Source: an uncultured Verrucomicrobiae bacterium
Lineage (GTDB): Bacteria > Verrucomicrobiota > Verrucomicrobiia > Limisphaerales > Palsa-1400
DNA: 64,000 nucleotides
Assembly: GCA_963759415.1 (NCBI GenBank)
Contig: CAVWZG010000002.1
Location: 823,410 to 887,409 of the forward strand
Reading direction: 5' to 3'
Below the pieces are notes generated by a model. That model was given only the letters and a program-made list of their open reading frames with translations, had not been told where the DNA came from and ran no database searches. Position numbers and translations under genes: made by a program. Of the stretch, positions 51,675 through 60,741 are shown piece by piece (position 1 is the first letter of the stretch; every line of letters starts with the position of its first letter).

Positions 51675-53978
51675 ATGAACACATCCATTGCACGGCTTCG
51701 GCATTCTGTTTTCACCTTGATTGGCCTTCTCATGGCGTTTGACGGGGCGGGGCGGGGATGGGCGGCTGACGCGGAAGTGATTTATGGCTTTTCCCGCGAT
51801 GGTTCGGAGGCGGAGCGCAAACTTGAGGCGGCTTTTCGCGTTCTGCCACAGCCGGAAAATATGCGCCAGTATATGCAGCGCCTGAGCGCGCGGCCCCACC
51901 ATGTCGGCTCCGCCCGCGACAAGGAGAACGCGGAGTGGATTCGCGCGCAGATGAAGAGTTGGGGATGGGATTCGTCCATCGAATCGTTTGAGGTGCTTTT
52001 TCCCACCCCGAAGACGCGCGTGCTGGAAATGACCGAGCCTGTCCGTTTTACGGCGCTGCTGCAGGAGAAGGCCCTGGCGGTGGATCCGACTTCGGGACAG
52101 GTCGCGGAACAATTGCCGACTTACAACGCCTACTCCACCGATGGCGATGCGACGGGACTTCTGGTTTATGTCAATTACGGGTTGCCGGAGGATTACAAGG
52201 AGTTGGACCGTTTGGGCGTCTCGGTCAAGGGGGCGCTGGTCATGGCGAAATACGGGAAATCGTGGCGGGGCATTAAACCCAAGGTGGCGGCTGAACATGG
52301 GGCCATTGGCTGTATCCTTTACTCCGATCCCAAGGACGACGGCTATGCGGTGGATGACGTTTTTCCCGACGGGCCGATGCGGAACAGCAGCGGGGTGCAA
52401 CGCGGCAGCGTGATGGATTTTCCGTCCACCAGCCCCGGGGACCCGCTGACGCCCGGTTACGGGGCGGTCAAAGGCGCCAAACGGCTCTCGCTCAAAGAGG
52501 CCACGAGCATTACCAAAATACCGGTGCTGCCCATATCCTACGGCGAAGCCCAGCCGCTGCTGGCCCAACTCAAGGGACCGGTGGCGCCCGAGGCGTGGGG
52601 CGGCGCGTTACCGATCACTTACCACCTGGGGCCTGGTCCGGCGAAGGTCCACCTAAAGCTTGAATTCAACTGGGATATCAAACCCATTTACGATGTGATT
52701 TCCCGAATCCCGGGTGGCGCCGCGAGCAATGAATGGGTGATTCGCGGCAATCACCAGGACGGCTGGGTCAACGGCGCCAGCGACCCGCTTTCGGGGCAGG
52801 TGTGCCTGCTGGAGGAGGCGCGCGCCCTGGGGCATTTGTCGCAGCAAGGTTGGAAGCCGCGCCGGACCATCATCTACTGCTCCTGGGACGGAGAGGAGCC
52901 GATGCTGCTGGGATCCACCGAATGGGTGGAAACACACGCCGAGGAACTGCGCCAGCACACCGTGGCCTACGTTAATTCAGATGACAACCAGCGCGGTTGT
53001 TTGAGGATGAATGGGTCGCATATTCTGGAACATTTGGTCAACGGCGTGGCCCGTGAAATTGATGACCCGGAAGTGAAAATGAGCGTTTGGAAGCGCGCCC
53101 GGGCCTGCAAAATTGCCGAGGCCGCCAACGCGGCGGAGCGGCGCGAACTGCGGGCGCGTTCCGATCTACCCGTGACGGCGCTGGGGTCGGGCAGCGATTA
53201 CACGGGTTTTATTGATTTTCTGGGCATCCCGTGCCTGGATTTGACCTTCGAAGGAGAGACCAAAGATGCCGGCGTTTACCACTCCATCTACGACGACTAT
53301 TACTGGGTCACCCATTTTGGCGACACGAATTTTGCTTATGGCCGGGCCTTGGCGCAGACGGCAGGCACCACCATCTTGCGCCTGGCGGAGGCAGGAGTCA
53401 TTCCGTACGAGTTTAGCGGCCTTGCCGACGCGGTGGAAAAGTACACCACCGACTTGCAGGGCTTGCTGAAGACCAAACAGGTGGAGATCGAAGAGCAGAA
53501 TCGGGAGTTGGAGGAAGGCGTTTTTGTGGCCATGTCCGATCCGCGACATCCAAAGCGACCACCGGAAGCGGAAGCGGTTCCGCCGGAATTGAATTTTGCG
53601 CCGCTGGAAAACGCGGTCAAAGCATTGGCGGCAGCCGCGAAGCGTTATCAGAAGGCGGTGGCCAAAGCGCAGCCGGGATTGAACGATGCCTCGCAGAGCG
53701 TGGTGGCGGAGGAATTGAACCGGGTTCTATTGCGAGCGGAACGCTGTCTGACGGACCCTGCCGGTCTGCCACGCCGGCCGTGGTTCCAGCATTTGCTGTA
53801 TGCGCCGGGTGTTTATTCAGGGTATGGCGCGAAGACGATGCCGGGAGTGCGGGAAGGCATCGAGATGGGGCGCTACGGCGAAGCGGAGAAGGAAATCGTC
53901 CGCGTGGCCAAAGCGCTTGAGGCCGAGACGGCGTTGCTCAATTCGGCCTCGGCGATATTGGACCGGTTTCATCCTTAG
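51675..53978 (+). CDS. M28 family peptidase of the glutamate carboxypeptidase II / transferrin-receptor-like type
   Basis: 767 aa. Signal peptide, PA domain, M28 core (...YCSWDGEEPMLLGSTEWVE...) and a C-terminal TfR-like dimerisation region (...PRRPWFQHLLYAPG...). Confidence 0.85.
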   Translation: MNTSIARLRHSVFTLIGLLMAFDGAGRGWAADAEVIYGFSRDGSEAERKLEAAFRVLPQPENMRQYMQRLSARPHHVGSARDKENAEWIRAQMKSWGWDSSIESFEVLFPTPKTRVLEMTEPVRFTALLQEKALAVDPTSGQVAEQLPTYNAYSTDGDATGLLVYVNYGLPEDYKELDRLGVSVKGALVMAKYGKSWRGIKPKVAAEHGAIGCILYSDPKDDGYAVDDVFPDGPMRNSSGVQRGSVMDFPSTSPGDPLTPGYGAVKGAKRLSLKEATSITKIPVLPISYGEAQPLLAQLKGPVAPEAWGGALPITYHLGPGPAKVHLKLEFNWDIKPIYDVISRIPGGAASNEWVIRGNHQDGWVNGASDPLSGQVCLLEEARALGHLSQQGWKPRRTIIYCSWDGEEPMLLGSTEWVETHAEELRQHTVAYVNSDDNQRGCLRMNGSHILEHLVNGVAREIDDPEVKMSVWKRARACKIAEAANAAERRELRARSDLPVTALGSGSDYTGFIDFLGIPCLDLTFEGETKDAGVYHSIYDDYYWVTHFGDTNFAYGRALAQTAGTTILRLAEAGVIPYEFSGLADAVEKYTTDLQGLLKTKQVEIEEQNRELEEGVFVAMSDPRHPKRPPEAEAVPPELNFAPLENAVKALAAAAKRYQKAVAKAQPGLNDASQSVVAEELNRVLLRAERCLTDPAGLPRRPWFQHLLYAPGVYSGYGAKTMPGVREGIEMGRYGEAEKEIVRVAKALEAETALLNSASAILDRFHP

Positions 53979-54000
53979 ATTAGGAGTAGGATTAAGAGGC
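53976..54000 (+). repeat. hexamer-periodic element, half copy (single arm)
   Basis: tagattaggagtaggattaagaggc. The TAG stop of the M28 gene is part of it. Confidence 0.6.
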
Positions 54001-54078
54001 GGGGCTGGATTGCGCTTGCAACTTTTCTGGGGGAGCGGGTTAATACTGGAGACAATTGGTGGTGAAGCAATCCGGATT

Positions 54079-55365
54079 ATGGCCCAGTTCCAATACAAAG
54101 CGCGACGCCGCGATGGCCAAACGGTCACCGGCGTGCTGGAGGTCGCTGATCGCAGCGCGGCCTTGATGCAGATCGAACGGCTGGGGTTGTTTCCCCTGGC
54201 GGTGGAATCGCCCAAAGGCGCAGCCGCGGCGGCCGCCGGCCTGGACAATAAGCCCTCGGCCACCGCGGGTTCGTGGACGGAATTCCTGCCGCCGAGCATC
54301 CGCCCCTACTTCGTGCGGCAGCGCAAACCCAAATTGCAGGAGTTGGCCACCTTTACCAATCAATTGGCCAATTTGCTCAAATCGGGCATGCCCTTGACGG
54401 TGGCGCTCAACAGCATGACGCACCTGGAGACGAAGGGGATTCCCGCGTCGATCAGCCGCCAGCTCAAGCAGGACGTGACCGAGGGCAAGGGGCTGTCGGA
54501 GGCGATGGCCAAACAGCCGGTGATTTTTTCCAGCCTCTACATCAACATGGTCAAAGCCGGGGAACAGAGCGGGGCGCTGGTGGAGGTGCTGCGGCGCATG
54601 GGGGACCATTTCGAGCGGTTCTCGGAGGTGCAGGCGAAGTTTAAATCGGCCATGATTTATCCGGCGTTCGTGTGCTGCGTGGGCATCGCCATCAGCATTT
54701 TCTTCATGACAGTGATGCTGCCCAGCTTCATGAAACTGTTCCAGGGGATGAACATCCAGTTGCCGCTGATGACACGGATGCTCATCGGGCTGAACGATTT
54801 TATCAAGCATTGGGGATGGGTGATCCTGGCGGTGATTATCGCCATCGTCATCCTCTTCAACCGGTTCCGCGCCACCCCCAATGGCAGACGGACCATCGAC
54901 CGATGGAGGATCAGCGCGCCGATCTTCGGCAAGGTGATGCGGCTGCACATCTTCGGGCAGTTTTCGCGCACGCTGTCCACGCTGCTGCACAACGGGGTGC
55001 CGGTGTTGACGGCGCTGGAAATCACCGAACAGATCATTTCCAACAGCATCATTTGCGAGGCCATCGCGCACGCGCGGCAGGCGGTGACGGATGGAAAAAC
55101 GCTGGCGCAACCGCTGGCGAGCAGCAAGGTTTTCCCGCAGTTGATGGTCGATTTAATCAAGATTGGCGAGGATACCGGGGACGTGCCCGGGGCGCTGGCC
55201 AATCTGGCGGACACGTACGAGAGCGAATTGCAAATCGCCTTGCGCGTGATGACCAACATGATCGAGCCAGTGATTATATGCGTCATGGCCATGGGCGTCG
55301 GTTTTTTGCTGGTCAGTATTTTGTCGGCCCTGTTTGCCATGACGTCCAACATTTCCGCGCGATGA
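54079..55365 (+). CDS. gspF: type II secretion / type IV pilus platform protein F
   Basis: Start at MAQFQYKARRRDGQTVTG (typical GspF/PilC N-terminus). Two repeated cytoplasmic domains and three TM segments. Confidence 0.85.
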   Translation: MAQFQYKARRRDGQTVTGVLEVADRSAALMQIERLGLFPLAVESPKGAAAAAAGLDNKPSATAGSWTEFLPPSIRPYFVRQRKPKLQELATFTNQLANLLKSGMPLTVALNSMTHLETKGIPASISRQLKQDVTEGKGLSEAMAKQPVIFSSLYINMVKAGEQSGALVEVLRRMGDHFERFSEVQAKFKSAMIYPAFVCCVGIAISIFFMTVMLPSFMKLFQGMNIQLPLMTRMLIGLNDFIKHWGWVILAVIIAIVILFNRFRATPNGRRTIDRWRISAPIFGKVMRLHIFGQFSRTLSTLLHNGVPVLTALEITEQIISNSIICEAIAHARQAVTDGKTLAQPLASSKVFPQLMVDLIKIGEDTGDVPGALANLADTYESELQIALRVMTNMIEPVIICVMAMGVGFLLVSILSALFAMTSNISAR

Positions 55366-55826
55366 AGAGGAACCGGCATGGGGCGGCGGGGTTCACGCTG
55401 ATCGAGATCATGATGGTGGTGGCGATTCTCGGATTGACGATGACGATGGGGCTGCCGTCGTTCGTGCGGTCGTTGAAAAGGGAGGGCCTGGGCAAGGCGG
55501 AACGCGACCTGGTGCAAGCCTGCCAGGAAGCGCGCCGGGCGGCCATCATGAACAATCAGACGACCTACCTGGTCCTCCGCCCGCAGGATCGCACCTTCAG
55601 CGTGCCGGGGGCCTTTGCCTCGGTGGAAATTCCCCAGGACGTGGGCATCGAAACGATAGGGATCAATTTCGTCGAGGTCAAAGGGGATGAGGAGGCGCGA
55701 GTGCGGTTCAATCCCAACAGCACGAGCGACGAATTCACGGTGCTGCTGCACGGATCCGGCGGACAATTGCGGGAAATCGACCTGGACATCGTGACGGCGT
55801 TGCCCAACGTGAAGAATTTGCGATGA
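55362..55826 (+). CDS. pseudopilin (GspH-like), prepilin-type N-terminal methylation motif
   Basis: MKRNRHGAAGFTLIEIMMVVAILGL. ATGA overlap with the gspF stop. Confidence 0.8.
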   Translation: MKRNRHGAAGFTLIEIMMVVAILGLTMTMGLPSFVRSLKREGLGKAERDLVQACQEARRAAIMNNQTTYLVLRPQDRTFSVPGAFASVEIPQDVGIETIGINFVEVKGDEEARVRFNPNSTSDEFTVLLHGSGGQLREIDLDIVTALPNVKNLR

Positions 55827-56236
55827 AAACAACCCCTAGCCACCAACCGCCGGAATCAGCGCGCGCCTTCACTCTGATAGAAGTCATGGTGGCGGTGACG
55901 ATTTTCTTCATGGCCATGTTTGCCATCCTGGGGGTGATGAGTTCCGGCATCCACGCGGCCACCATATTGCGCGGCAGCGGCCCAACCGCCGGCATGGTGG
56001 CAGGTCAATACTACGTGACCAATCTCATCGAGGAAGGCAGCGACTCCGGGGATTTCAGCGATATTGCAGGCTACGAGGGTTATCGCTGGGTTTCCGACGC
56101 GGAGGAGATTACCAACGGCTTGTTCCAGGTAAGAATTGTGGTAGCCGATCCGCACGGGCATGAAAGTTCGATGTTGGAGGGCCTGTTCTACAAACCGGAG
56201 ACGGCCAAGCACATGGGCTTGCAACGGCCGCGTTGA
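55823..56236 (+). CDS. pseudopilin (GspI-like)
   Basis: ...ARAFTLIEVMVAVTIFFMAMFAILG. ATGA overlap with the previous gene. Confidence 0.75.
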   Translation: MKTTPSHQPPESARAFTLIEVMVAVTIFFMAMFAILGVMSSGIHAATILRGSGPTAGMVAGQYYVTNLIEEGSDSGDFSDIAGYEGYRWVSDAEEITNGLFQVRIVVADPHGHESSMLEGLFYKPETAKHMGLQRPR

Positions 56237-56239
56237 AGC

Positions 56240-56941
56240 ATGAGAACCCACCCATCCAACTTGGAGGAGATCAGGGCAGAGCGGCCGCTCTGCGCTACCG
56301 GGAAGGGGCGCGAGGACAGGGCCTTTACGCTGATGGAAATTGTCATTTCGATCACGGTGTTCAGCTTCATCATGATCAGCATCCTCGGTTGTTGGAGGTG
56401 CATCATCAACGGCACCCGGGTCGCCCAGGACGCCGCGGTGGCGGCGCTGCGTTCGCGGGTGGGGATGAAAGCGGTGGTGGAGGCGTTGACGTGCGCCGAA
56501 ATCTCCACCAAGAACATTCAGTATTATGGGTTTGTGGCCGACACCAGCGAGAAGTTCGCCTTCTTGAGTCTGGCGGCGCGCCTGCCGGGAGACTTCCCCG
56601 GTTCGGGGCTGTTCGGCGACAATGTGATGCGGCGCATCACCTTTGACGTGGAATCGGACGAGAACGGGAAGCAAAACCTGATCATGACGCAATGGCCCTT
56701 GCTGGCGGCCCTGGATGACCGGAACACACCCTATACGAACGTGCTGACCCGGGACGTAAACGTGTTCATGCTGGAGTTCTGGTCGAAGGAAAACGGCGAA
56801 TGGGAGGTGGGCTGGGACCCGACCAACAATTTTCCGCCCATGATCCGTGTGACCTTGGGCAGCGGACACTCGTCCGACAACCCGGACGTGCCCTACACCC
56901 TGATCTGTCGAACGGTCGCCATGCCGTCCGTGCCGCATTGA
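56240..56941 (+). CDS. pseudopilin (GspJ-like)
   Basis: ...DRAFTLMEIVISITVFSFIMISILG, 233 aa. Confidence 0.7.
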   Translation: MRTHPSNLEEIRAERPLCATGKGREDRAFTLMEIVISITVFSFIMISILGCWRCIINGTRVAQDAAVAALRSRVGMKAVVEALTCAEISTKNIQYYGFVADTSEKFAFLSLAARLPGDFPGSGLFGDNVMRRITFDVESDENGKQNLIMTQWPLLAALDDRNTPYTNVLTRDVNVFMLEFWSKENGEWEVGWDPTNNFPPMIRVTLGSGHSSDNPDVPYTLICRTVAMPSVPH

Positions 56942-58074
56942 AAACTCACCTCAAACAATCCACTCCGCGCGCCGGGTTCGCCTTGATCCTGGTCATGATC
57001 ACCATCATCGCCTTGACCGCATTGGTGGCCTCGTTCGTCATCTCCATGAACACGGAGGTGCGCCTGGCCCGTAACGCGGACTACGATGAGGAACTGGAAT
57101 GGATGGGGCGCAGCGGCATCGAACTGGCCCGCTTCGCCCTGGCCAACAAATGCCCGGAGCAGCAAGCCATCGATTCCTTGAATCAATTCTGGGCCGGCGG
57201 CAGCTCGCCATGCAGCAACAACGTCTCGCCCGTCTCCCTCAAAGACTTCCCATTGGGACACGGCCATATTTCCGTCACCATCGTGGACATGGAGCGGAAA
57301 TGGGACATCAACTATCCGCGCGGGCCGCAAAGGGACGTGCTGCAAAGGGCGCTTTTCATAGTGGGAGTGACCGACGCGGGGCTGGCCTCGACGATTGAGG
57401 ATTCAATTCTGGATTGGTGCAACCAGAACGGCGCGGCCAGCTTCAGCGGGGCCAAGGACGACTATTACCTGCACCTGGACCCGCCCTATTACTGCAAGGG
57501 CGGCCCGATCGATGACTTGTCGGAACTGCTGCTCGTCAAGGGTATTTCGCCCGAAATTTATTGGGGTTCATTTTCGACCAACCACCCTGTTTCCGCTTAT
57601 CAACAGCATGGAGGAGGAGCGTTTGACCAGCCTGCCAGCGCCCACGGCGGCGGTTTTCGCAACAAGGACGAGCCGGTTTACGAGCACGGCTTGCAGGAAT
57701 TATTTTCACCCATGGGCGCCAAGCTCAACGTCAACACCGCCTCGGTGCTGGCGCTGCAATTGGTCCCCGGCATCGACGAAAACGCCGCGCAACACATCGT
57801 CCAGCAACGCGCCGGGCCGGACGGGGTGGACGGCACCGACGACGACATGCCGTTTATGAACGTCGGCGAGATTAACGGCGCCAACGTCGGCGGCGGGCCT
57901 CAACAAGGCATCGCCGCGCAGGGCGTGGGTAATTACCTCGACGTGCATAGCTTTGTTTTTGACGTCCACGTGGAGGCGGAAATCAACGGCTACAAACGGA
58001 CTTTTCATGGCATCATCAGCCGGGCCGGCCCCGTCGGGCAGCAGCTCAAGTGCGTGAAGTTTTATTGGGAATAG
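56938..58074 (+). CDS. minor pseudopilin GspK-like
   Basis: TTG start in a TTGA overlap with the previous stop gives (M)KTHLKQSTPRAGFALILVMITIIALTALVASF. Later LNVNTASVLALQLVPGIDENAAQHIV (helix-hairpin-helix typical of GspK). Confidence 0.7.
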   Translation: MKTHLKQSTPRAGFALILVMITIIALTALVASFVISMNTEVRLARNADYDEELEWMGRSGIELARFALANKCPEQQAIDSLNQFWAGGSSPCSNNVSPVSLKDFPLGHGHISVTIVDMERKWDINYPRGPQRDVLQRALFIVGVTDAGLASTIEDSILDWCNQNGAASFSGAKDDYYLHLDPPYYCKGGPIDDLSELLLVKGISPEIYWGSFSTNHPVSAYQQHGGGAFDQPASAHGGGFRNKDEPVYEHGLQELFSPMGAKLNVNTASVLALQLVPGIDENAAQHIVQQRAGPDGVDGTDDDMPFMNVGEINGANVGGGPQQGIAAQGVGNYLDVHSFVFDVHVEAEINGYKRTFHGIISRAGPVGQQLKCVKFYWE

Positions 58075-59236
58075 GACGCTGCGGAGCAAACGCGCCCTTG
58101 ATGTCGGCGAGAGAAACGGCAAAAACACTTCTTGCCACTTTATCCAAAGCCTCGGCCGAACCTGTCAGATGAATCGTTCGATGGACGTGCGACATGCCCG
58201 CGCCGGGTGCCAGCGCCGCCGCCGGGGAGGAGGACTCAAGTTCGTAGAACGGGCCGAGCGGTTTGGCGCCGGGCACGGGAGGGCCGTCGTTGTAACTGTT
58301 GGCCACGTCGCCGCCGTAGGGTTCGTCCTGGATCGGCAAAAGCGAATTGACGTAATCGGTCACGCCGGCAGGCTGGCTAAACTGCACAATCGTCAGCACC
58401 TTGTTGGCTGAGTCGTAACTGCCGAGCACCTTTTTGGCGCGCCGGGGGTTGATGCCTATTTTGGCGCGGAACATGCCGTCAGCTTTGAAATAGATCACAT
58501 CGTCCTTCACCGCGAGCCGGTCCGAGGAAATGTCGCCAAAGTAAACCGAAACCGCCTTTGCGCCGGGTTCGGATGCCGGCCCGGAATGGATCGGAACAAC
58601 GACAGTCGTGGCGGGGGAGGGATGGAACTGGCCCAGAATCCAAATGGAAAGCAGGCCGGAGGCCTTTTTCCAGGCGTGGCGGCCGGCGTTGATGATCTTG
58701 TTTTCGCTTTGGAAGGCGACAAGTTTGGCGCCTTTGGCCGGTTTGAGTCCCAGTTCTTTCCACGCCACCGCGGGTTCCAGAACCCGCACCACGCGATCTA
58801 CCTCTACATCGAAACACGCGCCGGAATAATTCGCGAGCGTGAACCGGGCGGCAAATCTCGCGCGGTGGGCCGACCGGCTGACAACCCGATAAGGCATCGT
58901 GTCCACGGGTGGAGGAGTGAACCAGTTGGCGAGTTCAAACTTGGCGCCCCTGGCAAAGAAGAGCGAGAACTGCCCCCCTTCCGGCCCGAGCCAGAAACGG
59001 TCTTCGCCGCCCACGACGTTGATGTGCGGCTGCGCTTTGCCGGAGGAGATGAGGTTGCGATTGATCCAGCCGAAGCTCAAGCCGCCTTCTCCGCCCGCGG
59101 TGCTGGTCATCACCCGGCCCTGCCAGGCTGGCGCGACGGCGATCTTCCCGTGCCCGCTCTTGTTGCTTAACACGATGATGCCGGTGTGCCTTTGGAGAAA
59201 AGCGGCATCATCGCCAAAAACTGAATCATAGCTCAT
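58046..59236 (-). CDS. conserved hypothetical protein (no signal peptide; beta-rich)
   Basis: 396-aa ORF with good coding appearance (…GGEDRFWLGPEGGQFSLFF…). I cannot place the family with confidence. Confidence 0.5.
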   Translation of the reverse strand: MSYDSVFGDDAAFLQRHTGIIVLSNKSGHGKIAVAPAWQGRVMTSTAGGEGGLSFGWINRNLISSGKAQPHINVVGGEDRFWLGPEGGQFSLFFARGAKFELANWFTPPPVDTMPYRVVSRSAHRARFAARFTLANYSGACFDVEVDRVVRVLEPAVAWKELGLKPAKGAKLVAFQSENKIINAGRHAWKKASGLLSIWILGQFHPSPATTVVVPIHSGPASEPGAKAVSVYFGDISSDRLAVKDDVIYFKADGMFRAKIGINPRRAKKVLGSYDSANKVLTIVQFSQPAGVTDYVNSLLPIQDEPYGGDVANSYNDGPPVPGAKPLGPFYELESSSPAAALAPGAGMSHVHRTIHLTGSAEALDKVARSVFAVSLADIKGAFAPQRPIPNKTSRT

Positions 59237-59319
59237 GTCCCGGGCAAATTGCCTAAATCACCCAAGCCAGTCAATTCCACTGTGGCGCAAATGCTTGAAT
59301 TGGGACCGGCCCCTTCTCC

Positions 59320-60741
59320 TCACTGCAATTTGAAAGGCAGGTCGGCGACGACGGTGTAGAGGTTGGAAAGGGTCTGGGCGGTCGCCTGGTGGCGGCTGTC
59401 GGGGCCAAAACGGAAGGTGGCCGCCGCTTGGAAATGATGGATGATGGCGCAGTAATTGTTGTTGGCCATTACGCCCAGTAACTCACCCGATTTGCTCAAG
59501 ACGAGGTCACCGCTGGACGGATTGAATTTGCCGAACAACCCCTTGAGGGAATTGTGGTCCATTTTCAAATACTGCGGCGCAGTCAGGTCGATCTGGAACT
59601 TGCATTCTCCGTAGTAATTTTCGCGGGTGCCGACGACGACGGCGTCCTGAAAAACGTAGGGGTCCCTGGAAAAGTGATAAACCTTGCAGCCCAGGGAGTG
59701 CGCCTCGGCCGCCGGGACGGGCATCAAGACGATGCGCGGATCCATAAGGTCAAAGGAAAGCGAGCGGATGGGACAGGTCGAGGAGCCGTGCCGCAAGGTG
59801 CCGCGCAATTCCTGCCATTGGGTGCCGGGATTCCACAGCGTCAGAGGCGTGTCCTGGACGTGGCAAAGGGCGAAGATGTTGGTGCCGTCGGTGACCAGGA
59901 TGAGGTCGGCTTGCTTGTCTTTGGAGGAATCGATGCCGAAGATGCCGGACCGCACGCCGGTAAAACTGGCCAGGACGCGGTTGGTGGAAATGTCCTCGAA
60001 AATCATGTTGGGAGTCAGGGGGCGGGTATCGTGGATTTCGCGCGCCAGATCGGAGGACTTGGCGGCCAGGACCTTGACGCCATCGGCCAGGCGGACATTC
60101 TCGCGGCGCTGGGCCTCGACTTCCTCTTGAAGTTGGGACATCTGGGCCAGGGCGGAACGGTTGGAGGCTTCGCTCATCTGCAATTGATTGGCCAGGGCCT
60201 GGCGGTCGGATTGCATGGACTCGTTGTTCTTCTGTAATTTGGCCAGTTGCTGTTGCAAGGCGGCGGCCTTTTCCGCCTGCTTGCGGGCCTCGGCTTCCAT
60301 GGCCGCGCGTTGTTCCTTGGTGATGATCGTTTCGACGGTGGTGGCGTGGAGTTGCTCGTTCAAATTGGCGATGTTGGATTGGGCGGCGGTGAATTGGCGC
60401 TGCAAATTGGTTTGGGCCTGAGACAATTGCGCGGCCAGTTGCTCCTTGTTTTGGAGTTGACTGCGGGTGCTTTGAATTTGCTGGCTCTGCTCAGTGACGA
60501 TCGAGCGGGTGCGGCTCAATTCGCCCAGCAACTGGTCACGGTTCCGGCGTTCTTCGACAAGGGCCAGGCGCATGACGTTGCCCAAGTCCTCCTGGTGGCC
60601 GGTGACCTGATCGGGCTTGGCGGGGGTTTGCACCAGTTGCGGCGCGCCGGCCTGGCTGACCTTGTTAATATCGATGGTGGAGAAAGCCAGCAGGCTGACC
60701 AGGAGGAAATCGCAAATAACGATGAGAATGCTGCGGTTCAT
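59320..60741 (-). CDS. ExbD/TolR-like TM anchor + long coiled coil + trypsin-like (S1C/Trypsin_2-like) C-terminal domain
   Basis: MNRSILIVICDFLLVSLLAF (Asp11 inside the TM helix). Q/A/E/L-rich region at aa about 55-235. LILVTDGTNIFALCHV, MDPRIVLM and NPSSGDLVLSKSGELLGVMA follow in His-Asp-Ser order. Confidence 0.6.
   Translation of the reverse strand: MNRSILIVICDFLLVSLLAFSTIDINKVSQAGAPQLVQTPAKPDQVTGHQEDLGNVMRLALVEERRNRDQLLGELSRTRSIVTEQSQQIQSTRSQLQNKEQLAAQLSQAQTNLQRQFTAAQSNIANLNEQLHATTVETIITKEQRAAMEAEARKQAEKAAALQQQLAKLQKNNESMQSDRQALANQLQMSEASNRSALAQMSQLQEEVEAQRRENVRLADGVKVLAAKSSDLAREIHDTRPLTPNMIFEDISTNRVLASFTGVRSGIFGIDSSKDKQADLILVTDGTNIFALCHVQDTPLTLWNPGTQWQELRGTLRHGSSTCPIRSLSFDLMDPRIVLMPVPAAEAHSLGCKVYHFSRDPYVFQDAVVVGTRENYYGECKFQIDLTAPQYLKMDHNSLKGLFGKFNPSSGDLVLSKSGELLGVMANNNYCAIIHHFQAAATFRFGPDSRHQATAQTLSNLYTVVADLPFKLQ

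Noticed and set aside
56800-56937. ATG at 56800 as the start of the GspK-like gene
   Set aside because: It would overlap the J-like gene by 142 nt and add a non-hydrophobic 46-aa leader before the prepilin-like helix. TTG at 56938 in a TTGA overlap fits the operon's coupling pattern better, though this is unproven.
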